Assembly: GCA_030141605.1 (NCBI GenBank)
Contig: JAQGDQ010000299.1
Coordinates: forward strand, 199,837 to 263,836
Source: Tubiluchus corallicola
Taxonomy: Eukaryota > Animalia > Priapulida
Length of the DNA: 64,000 nt
Reading direction: 5' to 3'
This document shows, one piece after another, positions 1 to 11,881 of this stretch. Under the pieces are notes generated by a model. It saw nothing but the letters and a program-made list of their open reading frames with translations. It had not been told where the DNA came from and made no database searches. How positions within the stretch are numbered: position 1 is the stretch's first letter; the number at the start of each line of letters is the position of its first letter. A program made the translations under genes and the position numbers.

Positions 1-520
1 GGTCAATCTTGATTAAACTAAAAATGGCATTTAGATTTTATGTGAAATACAGGTCAAAATTGTTATGAAATGATAAAAACACTTTGGGTTAATAATGATA
101 TTAATCAACAACAGGAGTTAAATAGATTTTGATTTGAGTTCAACTTCATTATTTCTAGGCTTATTGATTAAGAACAAATATACTGACTTGGTCAATAATA
201 CTAAATAATATAATTCTCAAAATACTGATAAGACAAACATTTAGCTATACAGGTTTTTTGGTGATTTTATAAAGGAGAGGTTACGGCATTGAAAAAGCAG
301 CACGAGAAGGTTCGAGAATAGGAGGTGCTTTTGTAAACGATGCATTAATACGTATTTTAACATTCTTATGAGATGTTTTTCTTAAACCTTCTCAAAATTT
401 ATCCTTAGTCTTCACATTTCTGCTAATTGGATGTTTAAAATTACATGATAAGCAAAGATGATAGATGATAGTTGTACTAAACGTTGGAATTTATGCTTGT
501 ATTTGTTTCACCTTTTTCAG

Positions 521-685
521 GTGTGACTCTAGCAATCATGGAATATATAGGTTTGATCACTAGCGTGGAAGAGGTCAGCGCTGGCACGGTGGCGGCCGGG
601 TGGCAGAACTTCATCATTTGTATCGAGATGTTGTTCGCAGCTGTGGCGCTGCACTTCGCTTTTCCATTTTCTGTTTATGTTCAGA
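521..685 (+). CDS. TMEM184B: TMEM184A/B-family (OST-alpha/Solute_trans_a) internal coding exon
   Basis: Acceptor cctttttcag| at 520 and donor |gtgagt at 686. Translation GVTLAIMEYIGLITSVEEVSAGTVAAGWQNFIICIEMLFAAVALHFAFPFSVY matches the recalled TMEM184A/B motif GTVAAGYQ(D/N)FIIC(V/I)EM..A.AL..AF...VY. A versus B orthology is not resolvable. Confidence 0.88.
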
Positions 686-1059
686 GTGAGTAACTTTCGT
701 TGTTTCTTCCGCAATTCAGATAACGAATGATTGTAACATAATTATAATGTAAGCATTGTAATTACAACAAGAGTTATGCAGCCGTGTCAAATGAAAATTC
801 TTTAACAAGTTGCTAGGAGCTTCGGCTTATATGTGTGGTTTGCATACATTGCAAAATCGTCCATAAATCAGCAATTCAGCTTTTCTAGTTATTCACATAT
901 GCTGAATCTCCATTTCATTAGGATCATTTGATACCAAGTTCATTGCTCTATGTTATTCCTAAGCTGAGATAACCCATGTTGAAGTTGAGGTGCACGCACC
1001 CACACTGAAAAACATAACCTTGAGAAAAACACTGTTAAAGTCAGCCATTGTTTTTTATC

Positions 1060-1477
1060 GCATCTCTACAAAACACTTAGCAACTGCAAATGAAATACAG
1101 TTCTACTCTACAACATTCAGTTTGATGCACAAAAATGGGCAAAGTTTGTGTTTAAAACCATATTTCAAGCTTACTGCTGTGCTCAGATGTGGCTCTCACA
1201 TGTGTCACTACATCACAACCAAACACCTCTGAAACGAGATGTATGGCAAATGTTTTTTGTGCAAGTGTTTCATAGATACAGGCAATAGTGCCCGTCTAAC
1301 TAGCGAATGGCGAAATACATGAGATGGTGAAGAACTAGTGGCGTGAATGCAAAATTACATTTATGTGGTAATAATTCTTTCACGTAAGCCATTCTTGAAA
1401 AAAACAGCATGTTCCTTTCTATATTTTACAGGGTAGATTGTTTTGTGCTATAGTGTAAGATTGGGTCCAGTTTTCTT
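1060..1477 (-). mobile_element. Partial Kolobok-like MITE, family A
   Basis: Shares tagtgcccgtctaactagcgaa...gaagaactagtg...ggtaataattctttcacgtaag and the terminal ...ccagttttct with the copies at 28081 and 42312. Left boundary approximate. Confidence 0.6.
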
Positions 1478-2140
1478 TTAGTTAGTAGATGGTTTGCTTC
1501 TTGTTATATTATTAGTGTAACGTGTTGCTATTAGCTGTAATTATAATTAGCTATAGCTTTGTAAATTAGCACTAACAGCGCAAGCTCGAGTCTAATGTCT
1601 CTACTTGATGGTGTTGCAAAATAAATTTTATCATTGAGTATTAAATGATTTTTTAAAGAAAACTAACTGCCGTTTTTTGGAAAACTATGAGATTATGATG
1701 AAGAAAATTGGTTCTTATGTTAAAAAAGTATTTGTGTTTTTGATCTGCACATTTCGCAGAGTACTGGTCAGCCATATTGTCTGTCCATGAAATACCTGCA
1801 GACTCTTTTAGTGACACAATAATACCTGCTAGCTAAAAAGAAGGTAGTGACCGTGTTACTGTTGCCTGTTTTAAGAGGCTTCCTTAAACAAAGTTTTATT
1901 ATTCTTGTATTTTTTACGTTTTGTAATCTCCGAATCGTTCTTGCTTGTGACTAAAATTGTGACCCCATTTACAACTATTGCGAAGCTTCGTACTCAATCA
2001 GCTTTATCATTTTCACACTTTTAACGAGTTTGCCCACTTGTATCCCTGTTTACACAGTCTACATATAGATATATTGGCTCGTATTTTTTGTTTTGTCTCT
2101 GAGTCATTAAAAACAAACTGTCGGAGTCTCCTCATGCTTT

Positions 2141-2423
2141 GAAACTCATGCATTCGGGCAATACTAGCAGAGAAACTCATGCATTCAGGCAGTGTTAGCA
2201 GAGAAACTCATGCATTTGGGCAGTGTTAGCAGAGAAACTCATGCATTTGGGCAGTGTTAGCAGAGAAACTCATGCATTCGGGCAGTGTTAGCAGAGAAAC
2301 TCATGCATTCGGGCAGTGTTAGCAGAGAAACTCATGCATTCGGGCAGTGTTAGCAGAGAAACTCATGCATTCGGGCAGTGTTAGCAGAGAAACTCATGCA
2401 TTCGGGCAGTGTTAGCAGAGAAA
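2141..2423. repeat. 31-bp minisatellite, about 9 copies
   Basis: Unit GAGAAACTCATGCATTCGGGCAGTGTTAGCA, nearly identical copies, in a TMEM184 intron. Confidence 0.95.
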
Positions 2424-2782
2424 GTGATGAAAGGCTCCACAATGTTTACATATTCTATTTGCATTACAAAATTAATCCCGGTCCTGGATGTGTATGTTTT
2501 TTGTGAACACTGAAGAGATATTCACCACTGTCCATACAGGTTTTTGATGCTGTTTGACTGTTCACACTACATCCGGATCTAAAATGTACTCTACCTATAA
2601 GGTATTTCTCCCTAGTGTAAACTGGGTACAAGTAGCATTGCTCTGTCCTCAGCTCTCCTGCTTGTAATGACATACATAGCATCACCGGATGTTATAGTTG
2701 ATTGTATACTGTGTTTGTCCCCAATGTGCAAGTGGCTTCGTCATCACAGAGGTGTAAACTGGCTTCGTGGTTTTAATTGCAG

Positions 2783-2883
2783 GTGTATTTACTTTAGAAA
2801 CGGGCAGAAACCATGCCAGCAATAGCCGAGGTGTCACGCTCACTAGTGTTTCCAGTAGTCTGCAGTCGACTTTGAACCCAAAG
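2783..2883 (+). CDS. TMEM184B: TMEM184-family penultimate coding exon
   Basis: Acceptor ttttaattgcag| at 2782 (alternative in-frame actttag| at 2797), phase-compatible with the upstream exon. Encodes ...VTLTSVSSSLQSTLNPK, like TMEM184B MKSISSSLKETMNP. Donor AAG|gtattt at 2884. Confidence 0.85.
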
Positions 2884-2896
2884 GTATTTTGTTTAA

Positions 2897-3460
2897 AGGA
2901 AAACCGAACGATTGATCAGACTCAATCTCATTTTAATTTACTGTCCAAAATATACATTTTCTTGCCTATAAAAGCTAGCAATTGTTTCTTTTATTTGAAT
3001 AATTAGCTTAGAAAGTTCATTAATGGCAACCGAACACAGCTATTGCTTACATGAGAAACTAACCACAGTTTGTGAAATGGCAGGCATCTTCCATTGCACG
3101 TCAAACACGTTTGCGTAAGTGTTACAGTACTGCTCAAACGCGTGATGTCACAAAAATGGGCTCTGCGTCATATGACGTCAGAAACTAACACTGCAGTTCA
3201 TGATCATGGTTATCAGGGTACCGCCTTCTATTTATCGGTCACGCGAATGTGACAAAAAGGCGCTGTTGCCAATCTTACAAGATTGACTCTGTAAGATTAC
3301 TAAGACAAACTGAGCCGCACCTATGTTTGAAAATTTAATGAGTATCTGAGGTAATTATTATTCAATCAAAGCTTTGATTTAGAAAAAGCTATTGTCTTTT
3401 TCAATATTTTAGAGCATTATATATTCTGAACTAATGTTAACACAATCGTCCGCTTTTCCT
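2897..3460 (+). mobile_element. Kolobok-like MITE, family C
   Basis: ttaa|AGGAAAACCGAACGATTG ... CAATCGTCCGCTTTTCCT|tgaa. Homologous in reverse orientation to 57701-58305. Confidence 0.7.
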
Positions 3461-3673
3461 TGAAGAAATGATAACAAAAGTGACCATTTTTGTGGTTCTG
3501 CTCACTGAGGTTGTTCATCACAAGTTGAAGCAGCCATACCCAATTGAACCGGCTACATCGTAAGGGTATTGTCAAATCCTTATAGCTTCAGCTTGTGTTT
3601 TGTTCAGAATACTGTTAAGCTTGTATGAGAAATTATCCACAGTGTGAAGTCCGTACTTCTAGGGACGATGATG

Positions 3674-3920
3674 ATCTTTGTGTAAATATTAAACAAGAAA
3701 CGTGTATTTTTGTGATTTGTTAATGTACATAATTATAATATGCAAAAATATCTCATTTACAGAATATGCATTGAAATGTTATTTCCTGCTAAGCTGTTTA
3801 TAATTAGGAACAACAAGGGCTTAAATCAAATCCATTTTAGTGATTTTTCAGGCATTGTTGAGTAAGATGGCTTCAATGTGTTTTATTACAATAAACTCCG
3901 CGTAACTCATATCTAACCGG
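3674..3920 (+). repeat. About 247-bp direct duplicate of 5827-6073
   Basis: High-identity match from atctt(t/c)gtgtaaatatta to tctaaccgg. Confidence 0.9.
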
Positions 3921-4121
3921 TGACATAAGATTTATACTGTGATTCATTGCCTATAATGCTCTTTATGTCAAAAAAGTTTTTATGGTGAAACGACCAGAAC
4001 TGTTTATTTATTTGTTGATATTCTTATTATTGATATGGTTAATTTTCAATATCTATGTAGAAAGTACCATGCAGAATATTTTGTTTTACATTTTGTGACC
4101 TAGGAATTTTTTTCTCTTTAG

Positions 4122-4463
4122 GACATCATGGTAGATGCTATACATAATTTTCATCCTCAATATCAGGAATACACGCAGTACACGCAAGAAGGCAACAAGA
4201 TGTCAGCCGAAGACGAACACATCGAACAACTGCGCGAACAGCAGCGTCGTATGCAACAGATCGCTGACCAACACACGGGCAGTGCCGTCTCTAGAGGAAC
4301 CGGCGCCCTCCAGGTGCCGGACGTGACCAACGGATTTACCGATGACATCGTCATCTTGGACGGCAGCAGCAAAAATCTTCCTCCGACTGTAGGTAACGGC
4401 GAAAAGTGTCACGGCGACGGCTTTACCGATGATATTGTTTTGTTAGCTTACGACGACAATTAA
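4122..4463 (+). CDS. TMEM184B: TMEM184-family terminal coding exon
   Basis: Acceptor tttttctctttag| at 4121, phase 0. DIMVDAIHNFHPQYQEYTQ matches TMEM184 DIVQDAIHNFSPAYQQYTQ. Stop TAA at 4461-4463. Confidence 0.9.
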   Translation, partial: DIMVDAIHNFHPQYQEYTQYTQEGNKMSAEDEHIEQLREQQRRMQQIADQHTGSAVSRGTGALQVPDVTNGFTDDIVILDGSSKNLPPTVGNGEKCHGDGFTDDIVLLAYDDN

Positions 4464-6041
4464 ACATTTTACCTTGTTTTCAATTTCTGTGCAATTTTAA
4501 TGTTTTTACGGTGAACCCAGCAATAAATTTAGACCATTTTGGTATTAAAATTGTATTATTGCTCCAGTGGCTTTTTGTCTAACGTTGGAATGTCAGCCAT
4601 ATTAAGATGCAAGTATTAAAATTGAGTTAGATCTCGTTGCGTGCCATATCTTGTTTCAAGCTTCCGTGCTTGTGAATAACTTTATAGACATCTGCTGTGT
4701 GATTGCTTCCGAATGATTTCTTATTGTTGTGATTAAGCTGTTGTGTTATAGTTACCCGTATTGCTATTCAGTAACCATGGCGACTAGGCGAAGATCAATC
4801 GTACTAAGCTAATTATCGCGTTTTCGCCAGTCTTAATTACAAGTGCTTACTAGAGCTTCCATGTTAGTGCCATACCCTCAACAAGCAGCTTAGAACTACT
4901 TATTATGTTCATTACATTAGCTGTAGTGAAAAAATCAAGTCGATCTCCATTTGTAGACGTTCATTTATGGAAAGTTTTCACTGAACGCCACTAGATGGCA
5001 CTGGCGTTGCAATTCAAATAGAATGCAAAATCTATAGAGGGCATTACTGTTTATTTTTTTGTTAATTTTTTTTGTTCAACACGCCACAAACAGTTAGTTT
5101 CACAAACAAACTTCTTTATAAAGAGTTGTAATCGTAGTTGGCAGTGAGCATACACTGCAAAGTCGCGTTTGAAACGTGCGAGTACAATAGTCATTTTAAC
5201 AAGCCATAGAAAGTGTTAAGATCTAATATTAGTTTGATTACTATTTTTAAAAGTTTTTTTGCGGAAAATGTTGATGTTTTCTGTGCTCTTAGAGCTTCTG
5301 ATGATTTTGGCTTTAGTAAAAAGAAATTTAAATTCAGCACTAGTGTACGGGCAGTGCGAATTCTGTGCAGCGCACGTGGTATACTTACGCCAGAAAAGTT
5401 ATAGATTATTTTCCGGTTTCGTTCATTCGTTTTTGTTTGTATGTCTTGTTGAATCAATCGTAGTACTTCCAGTAGTGAGTTAATGTTTAAATTAGACGGA
5501 ACTGATTCTCAGACTTTGCATCAGACAGAAGCGCCCCTAGTGGCTGTCAGCTGCACATTAATGTGTTTTTGTTGACTCCTAAAAGCAGCATATAGCAGAA
5601 TTCTATTTTTTGGCTACAATTTTGGTGTGATCAGCGTTGTTTATGCTTATATATGTACTAATTACTAAAGAAGAGGTTTTCAATTTGAATTTCATTTTTT
5701 TATCAATGTCATGGTATCATATTAATTTGATAACAGAGTTTAGCAGTGATTCTATAGATTCATTACTATATAGTGAGTTGCATTAAAAGGGAAATCATGT
5801 AATTGTTTTCAAAATGAGGAAAAGGCATCTTCGTGTAAATATTATACAAAAAACATGTATTTTTGTGATTTGTTAATGTACATAATTATAATATGCAAAA
5901 ATATCTTATTTATAGAATATGCGTTGCAATGTTATTTCCTGCTAAGCTGTTTATAATTAGTAACAACAAGGGCTTAAATCAAATGAATTTTAGTGATTTT
6001 TCAGGCATTGTTGAGTAAGATGACTTCAATGTATTTTATTA

Positions 6042-6593
6042 CAGTAAACTCCACGTAACTCAAATCTAACCGGACCAAAAAAAAATTAGGCGATGTTGTC
6101 CATTTTCCAGCATAGAAACTCTAAACCCCTCCTCCATGTGGTGAGCTAAGTAGAAGTCAGAAAATCAACCCTTCTGTACATAAACGACGAGATTTGATGA
6201 GAGTTACATGAAGAATAACAAATTATGTAGTGAAACACGATTTTTTTACGTCACAAAAGGATAAGTACACAAGACTGAAAGATCAGTCCCGGAGAAAATA
6301 ATGGGGGGGGGGGGGGAGCGACTTGTTAGACATCAGAATTTTCCTGGAAGATGGTACTATTTTTTAGTTGCACGAAACTTTTTATTTTTCTAGACTATAA
6401 ATTCCATTTTTGAGTTAGGCGAAGCAAATTATTTTGATTTAAATGAACCGTAATTTTTAAATTGAGTTAGGCGAAATTTGAGTTATATATTTTGAGTTAA
6501 GCGATGTGTTTTTTTGTGGGAAAAACAAAGGAGTTCATCCGTTTTGCTGAAATTTTTTTAGTTAGGCATTTTTGAGTTACACGGAGTTTACTG
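6042..6593. mobile_element. Tc1/mariner/pogo-type MITE
   Basis: ta|CAGTAAACTCCACGTAACTCAAA ... TTTGAGTTACACGGAGTTTACTG|tg terminal inverted repeats, with internal gagttaggcga sub-repeats. Confidence 0.8.
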
Positions 6594-7285
6594 TGTAAGG
6601 CACATCCAAGTACGTGCGTTTACCAAAAGTTCTTTTTTAAAGCTTGATTGCATAACTAAGGCTTAATTGCAATTAATTATAGGCCTAATGCAACTTCCAA
6701 TTAGCGTGCATATATTACCGCGCATGCGCATAGATATTCTTGACCATGAGTGACTTTCTTTCAATGATTATGGACTTCCAAAATTGCTCCTAATTAGTGA
6801 AAGCCAATGCACTTTCCGATACTTACAATTTTCGTACTAATTGTGTTTGTATATCTGGCTAGGTCTTGCCTGTCTGATTCCAAAGCTTTAAAATTATTCA
6901 ATTAATGAGTCCTTCTAATTAAAGCAAAATTAGACAGAGTAGAGGTAGCATTGTGCTTAGCTAGAGTTGCAGATTTCTAGTATTAAATTTGTAATTATTT
7001 TAACAAATCGTGTGAAACGTTTTTTGAACGTATCTTCGGTGCTCCGAGTAATGGATTCATTGGTGATGGTGGGTATTTATCTGTAAATCAAATTTGTAAA
7101 TAAATTGTCATTTTAATATAAAAAAATCTAATATTGTTATTAGTTAATGTTGTTAAGATTTTTTTATTGGTGCTAAGCGAAAATACACGTTTACGTGTGT
7201 GTGCGTGCGTGCGTGTGTGTGTATGTGCGTGCGTGTGTGCGCATGTCCACCCCAACAGGTTATGATTTAGACACAGTCGATAATT

Positions 7286-7696
7286 TTTGGCGGGTTACAA
7301 GGTAATGGTCTTATTCATTTTAAGAATCCAAAATGTGCGGGATTCTGAACTAATGTGAGTAGTTGAAGCAGTGGATAAAACATGCATGCAGGAGGGGTGG
7401 AGGCAGTGCCACAAAACAATATTTCTCCTGTTGCACGTTCGGTTTTCTCAGTAATACATTGTGTGGGGTTGGGGAACTAATGGTGGTTGGATTTGGCGGG
7501 TATAAGGTAGCGGTCTTATTCATTTTAAGAATCCAAAATGTGCGGGATTCTGAACTAATGTGAGTAGTTCAAGCGGTAAATAAAACACGCATGCAGGAGG
7601 GGTAGATGCAGTGCCACAAAACAATATTTCTCCCATTGCACATTTGGTATTCTCAGTAATACATTGTGTGGAGTTGGGGAACTAATGGTGGTTGGA
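7286..7696. repeat. Tandem duplication of about 205 bp
   Basis: Two copies beginning tttggcgggt and ending ggaactaatggtggttgga. Confidence 0.9.
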
Positions 7697-8279
7697 CCTT
7701 TATGGTTTTTTGCATGCTGAAAATTCAAGAAAAAGTTGTTGAATAAGAAGTACATTAATAAAAAAGGCTACACCAGACTGAAATGCAAAATAGCAGTGAA
7801 TGCTACTATCTCTTGCATTTTGTAATGATAGTAGAAAACCACCAAATAAACACAGAAATTACAGTACAGAATAAAATAAAAACAACTCATAATGTCCCTA
7901 ATGACACAGTCAAACGAAAGTTTTGGCTAGTGAGCAAAAAGCTGTCATTTTTGTGCTTTTTTCCATTTCAGGTGAAGGTAAAATACCGTCGTGTGCTTTC
8001 ATTAAAATCTTCTTCGTTATAAATCAACTTCTATATACACAGTACCATGGACTTTTAATTAATTAATAATAATAACAATAATAATAATTTGTTGAATATT
8101 TAAAATGCATTAACATTAAAAATGGACAAATGCATTTTACATACATAAAATATTAACACATAAACAGTAGATGCACAATAGGCTGTTATAAATAAAACTA
8201 AAATTGCAATACATGTGTATAAAAGTCAGCCATAATTAAATCCATAAGTCTATATTAAATTTCTAATTAATTAAAAAGA

Positions 8280-8663
8280 CTTCTTTTTAAAAACAAGTTT
8301 TAAGGAATCATTTGAACTTTTGAAGATTATTGATTTTACCTGCATGAACTGCTAGATCATTCCATAATTTGGGTGCCGTTACGCTAAAACTATAAAAATC
8401 ATATGTGACTAGATTACAACGCGGTATAACAAGTGTCGATGAATTAATTGATCTAAGATTGCGATTGGGCACGTTTGGCTTCAAAAAATCATATATATAT
8501 AGGAGGGGGTACTAAATCATTCAGAGCTTTGAATGTTAACAACAGAATTTTGTATTTTCTTTTGAAAGAAACGAGCAACCAGTGCAATTGCATGAGAACA
8601 GGAGTTATATATATGGGTGCCTGTAATAATTCGGGCTGCTGTGTTGTGTACGTGTTGCAGTTA
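8280..8663 (-). mobile_element. Degenerate L2-clade LINE ORF2 C-terminus
   Basis: Minus-strand frames give LQHVHNTAARIITG..ITPVLMQLHWL..KYKILLLTFKAL..LVIPR..SFSVTAPKLWNDL..FK.FLKT, the typical L2 ORF2 tail, with frameshifts. Confidence 0.8.
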
Positions 8664-8667
8664 TTAA

Positions 8668-9167
8668 CCCTTTCAGTTCCAAATTATTTTTTTAATAAGA
8701 AAAAAATTTTGGCTTGGTACTTTTGTTCAGTATGTCCATCTTGTTTACACATAATAATTATTTTTTTCTACCTTTGCCCGTGTGCTAAATATAGCCTGTA
8801 TCCCACGGATACACTACATTCTTTGTCATGTGCAAAAAAAACAAAGTCCGACTTTTTAAAAAATAGAACAAAAGCAAAAAATGTGCTTCATTTTGCAACT
8901 GCTGATAATTGTTTAGAGTATTTAAGACATTTAGTATGTGTGCTATGCTGATCTGTAAAATGTCATCTCTAAAGTACTGTACCTTGCGCAGTTTTTTATG
9001 CTATGTAGATTTTCTAGTTTGCCATTTTATCACCATTTTTAGTCTATTGTTATTGGTTTAAATCAAAATAACGATTAACAGATCAAATAACTGTCAGTTT
9101 TAAAATTTTATTAATTTTAAAGGCAGAAAATATTCTTGTATCCCACGGGATACAATGGGTATGAAAG
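8668..9167 (+). mobile_element. piggyBac-like MITE
   Basis: ttaa|CCCTTTCA terminus, right end ...tatgaaag degenerate. Inverse homologue of 42909-43526. Confidence 0.75.
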
Positions 9168-9289
9168 ATCGTTGCTTTCCTGCCTGGTGTATTTAACTGC
9201 CCGATAAACAACTAATTAAGACGTTTTGTATGATGTGTTTTATTGCTATTAATTACCGCAATTCTTGTATTTTGTCGGTGCTATATTAT

Positions 9290-10663
9290 CAGGGACGGCT
9301 CTAGGTAGTTTGACGCCCTAAGCAAAAGTATTTCAGTGTCCCCCTCTTCAACGGTCAACCCCTTCCCCACAGATCCAATGCTCACACCTACAAAATTGAA
9401 TTCTTGCTGCATATATTAAAGTATAATGGTATTTGTGTGTTGGGCCAGTGCTATCGTGTACTGATTAACTGTAATTACCTATCTAGAGCTACATTTGAAA
9501 TTGACCTCATTGTACGTCCTGTGGTTCCACTACTATTATAAATTTCTACAATTTCTGCTGCGCAGTCTTCGTGTACATACTTTTTGTGGAAGTTGGAATT
9601 GTACATTGTAGTTAGGTGCTGCCATCTATGTGCTAATCCTGTTACATTCTACCAGCTGACTTACCTTCAGTATAATTGTATGGTCCAGTGAATACATACA
9701 CATTGGTCCTCTCCCTATCTAAAATTAATGGTTGTTGTGAAGCCTGTATAACTCTGCATAGGTCAACTTCTATACCTCTATACTGACTGTGAAACAGGTT
9801 TTACTGACTGTTTTTGCTTTCTAGTTTTTGCTCAATGTTCAGTGCAGCAGTTTTGCTACTCATGTTTTCTGTAGTTTAATAAACACTTTTCTGTTGTGTG
9901 CAGTGCAAATATTTATTATAGATTTTTGGTTCCTATTCATACTTCTCTGTGCCTAAACTCAATCATAACAAAGTGACTGAACAACAACTTCAAAATGACT
10001 TTCACACTTTTAGTTAGATTTTCACTCAGCCTTTTAATTAGAAAATTTCTGAAACACTGACTGACCTTGTTTTTTTCACATACGCCCATTTCATTAGTAT
10101 TATCATCATCAGCCCAACCATATAACTTTGGTCTGCATTTAAATACTTCATTTATAATCTTGCTGCTTTTCAATGTCGGCCAGGTTTTTCACTTTTAGTT
10201 GGCTGTATCACGCTCCTGAAGGCTTCTTTTCGATCTTGTAAATGTATCTACCATGATTAGATAAATGCTAAAGCAAATGAATTTTTTATTCACAGGAGTC
10301 GTTATTTTCTCTGCTACCCTATAAACTATGCATACAATACAAAACTATGGACAAGAACTTGGTAGCGCATCTGTCATTCTGTTATTAATTTTGTTAAACT
10401 TAGAAACGTGGAAGTGGTGCTGACAAGCCACTCGCATAATAGAGTCTAGTTTTTGCTGGATTAACTGCTGTTTACCTGTCTTAAGGCGGATTTCTTTTAT
10501 TTTAGAGTTCTGTCCGCCCAATGTCTACAACAGACGTAATGGGCATATGATGATGATAAAAATTAAGGAATTAGGCCTACTTCCAGAATTTTGCGCCCCC
10601 CCCTCCCCAAAAAAATGGCGCCTAGGCAACGGGCTAGTTTGCCTAGTGATAGAGCCGACCCTG
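9290..10663. mobile_element. Non-autonomous hAT-type element, about 1.37 kb
   Basis: TIR CAGGGACGGCTCTA / TAGAGCCGACCCTG (13 of 14 match). 8-bp TSD TATATTAT / TATATTAC. Confidence 0.8.
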
Positions 10664-11139
10664 TATATTACTCCTGTTAAGAGTACGAATCTGCTTGCAA
10701 TAAATTTTTAACTTATATCAAATGTAGCTTATACAGACGTTACTCAGTAACACAAAAGAAGAACTGTACCACGTATTAGAAAAATTTAAAAAAATCAGGC
10801 TTCAGTATGTCACGGCCCTCAGGATCCGTCTGCCCAAAAAAGAACTAAATAACGATTTTTTGCATTGTGTATGTTTTTTATAATTAACTAAGCTTGCCGC
10901 ATTTCTTGCGTTATTTCGGTGTTATTATTCCTGCTGTGAATTATGTATTTGGTGGTTATAAAAAAAACATACCTTATACAAGCCTTACATAGCATAGCGA
11001 AAGAATTCCTTGTACCAAATATTGGAAAATATATAAAAAAATTCGATTTATGGTATTACTAAAGTAGTAAAGACAGTCAACTGAGAAAAGGTTCACGAGG
11101 TAATCTTTTATTACTTTCCACGTGTTTCCCTGAGCGCGT

Positions 11140-11270
11140 TCAAATCGCCGCTGCTAGCAAGTGGGCGGGGCTAGATCCCTGCTCGTCATGCATTGGCTAC
11201 TCTCACTGCCTCATTGGAGCGTGTACATAGCAACACGGGCAGCAGGGCAAGCAGGTGGTGAAATATCGTC
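11140..11270 (+). promoter_or_regulatory. Putative Pol II promoter
   Basis: GC box GGGCGGGGC (11163), two ATTGG (CCAAT) boxes (about 11192 and 11213), E-box CAGGTG, and a CpG-richer island just upstream of a strong-context ATG. Confidence 0.55.
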
Positions 11271-11319
11271 TAACAAACACAGTGCGTCTCAATTGTGCGT
11301 AGCATGCATGCCAGAAACG

Positions 11320-11881
11320 ATGGCAGAATGTATACAAGGCACCAGGTTCTCGCCTCCTTTGACTACGATTCCGGTTAGAAAATTTCGTACATCTGACCTG
11401 TGTTCGGATGACCCGGAAGTGACCGAACACTACGAGAGACAAGTTCGAGCTGTCCGGGAACAACTACGCGCCTGGCATCGCAATCTGGCTCTGGATTCCA
11501 CCGTTTCCAGCATCAGTAGCTTGATTACGAACAGTAGTAATGAGTCAGACGTTATTCGGGAGACATCCCTGTACATAAACGATGAACTGGATCTTTCCAT
11601 ATCCCTAGCTACCGAAAACGAACGTCTTACTGAAGAACTTCAAGCTCTTGAAGATGAGTACAAGGCAAGAGTAAAAAACAACAGGCTCAAAATTAAGTGT
11701 GATAATGATAGTTCAGATACGAGTATAGAAAAACTGAACTTACAAAACGATACCTTTTTGGGAGAGATCAATTCCATCAGGACGCGTCTGGATCATCTAA
11801 AAGAGGAAGCTTTGAAAGGATTTGAATCCGACGATAATCCGGGAACCGAGGATCTGGAATCGCTAGAGAGTTCCAGCACCG
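11320..11881 (+). CDS. Probable first coding exon of an unidentified coiled-coil protein (187 codons plus 1 nt)
   Basis: acgATGG start (an in-frame ATG also at 11308), natural acidic and heptad-rich composition (LATENERLTEELQALEDEYK; IEKLNLQNDTFLGEINSIRTRLDHLKEE), and a consensus donor G|gtaagt at 11882. Confidence 0.72.
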
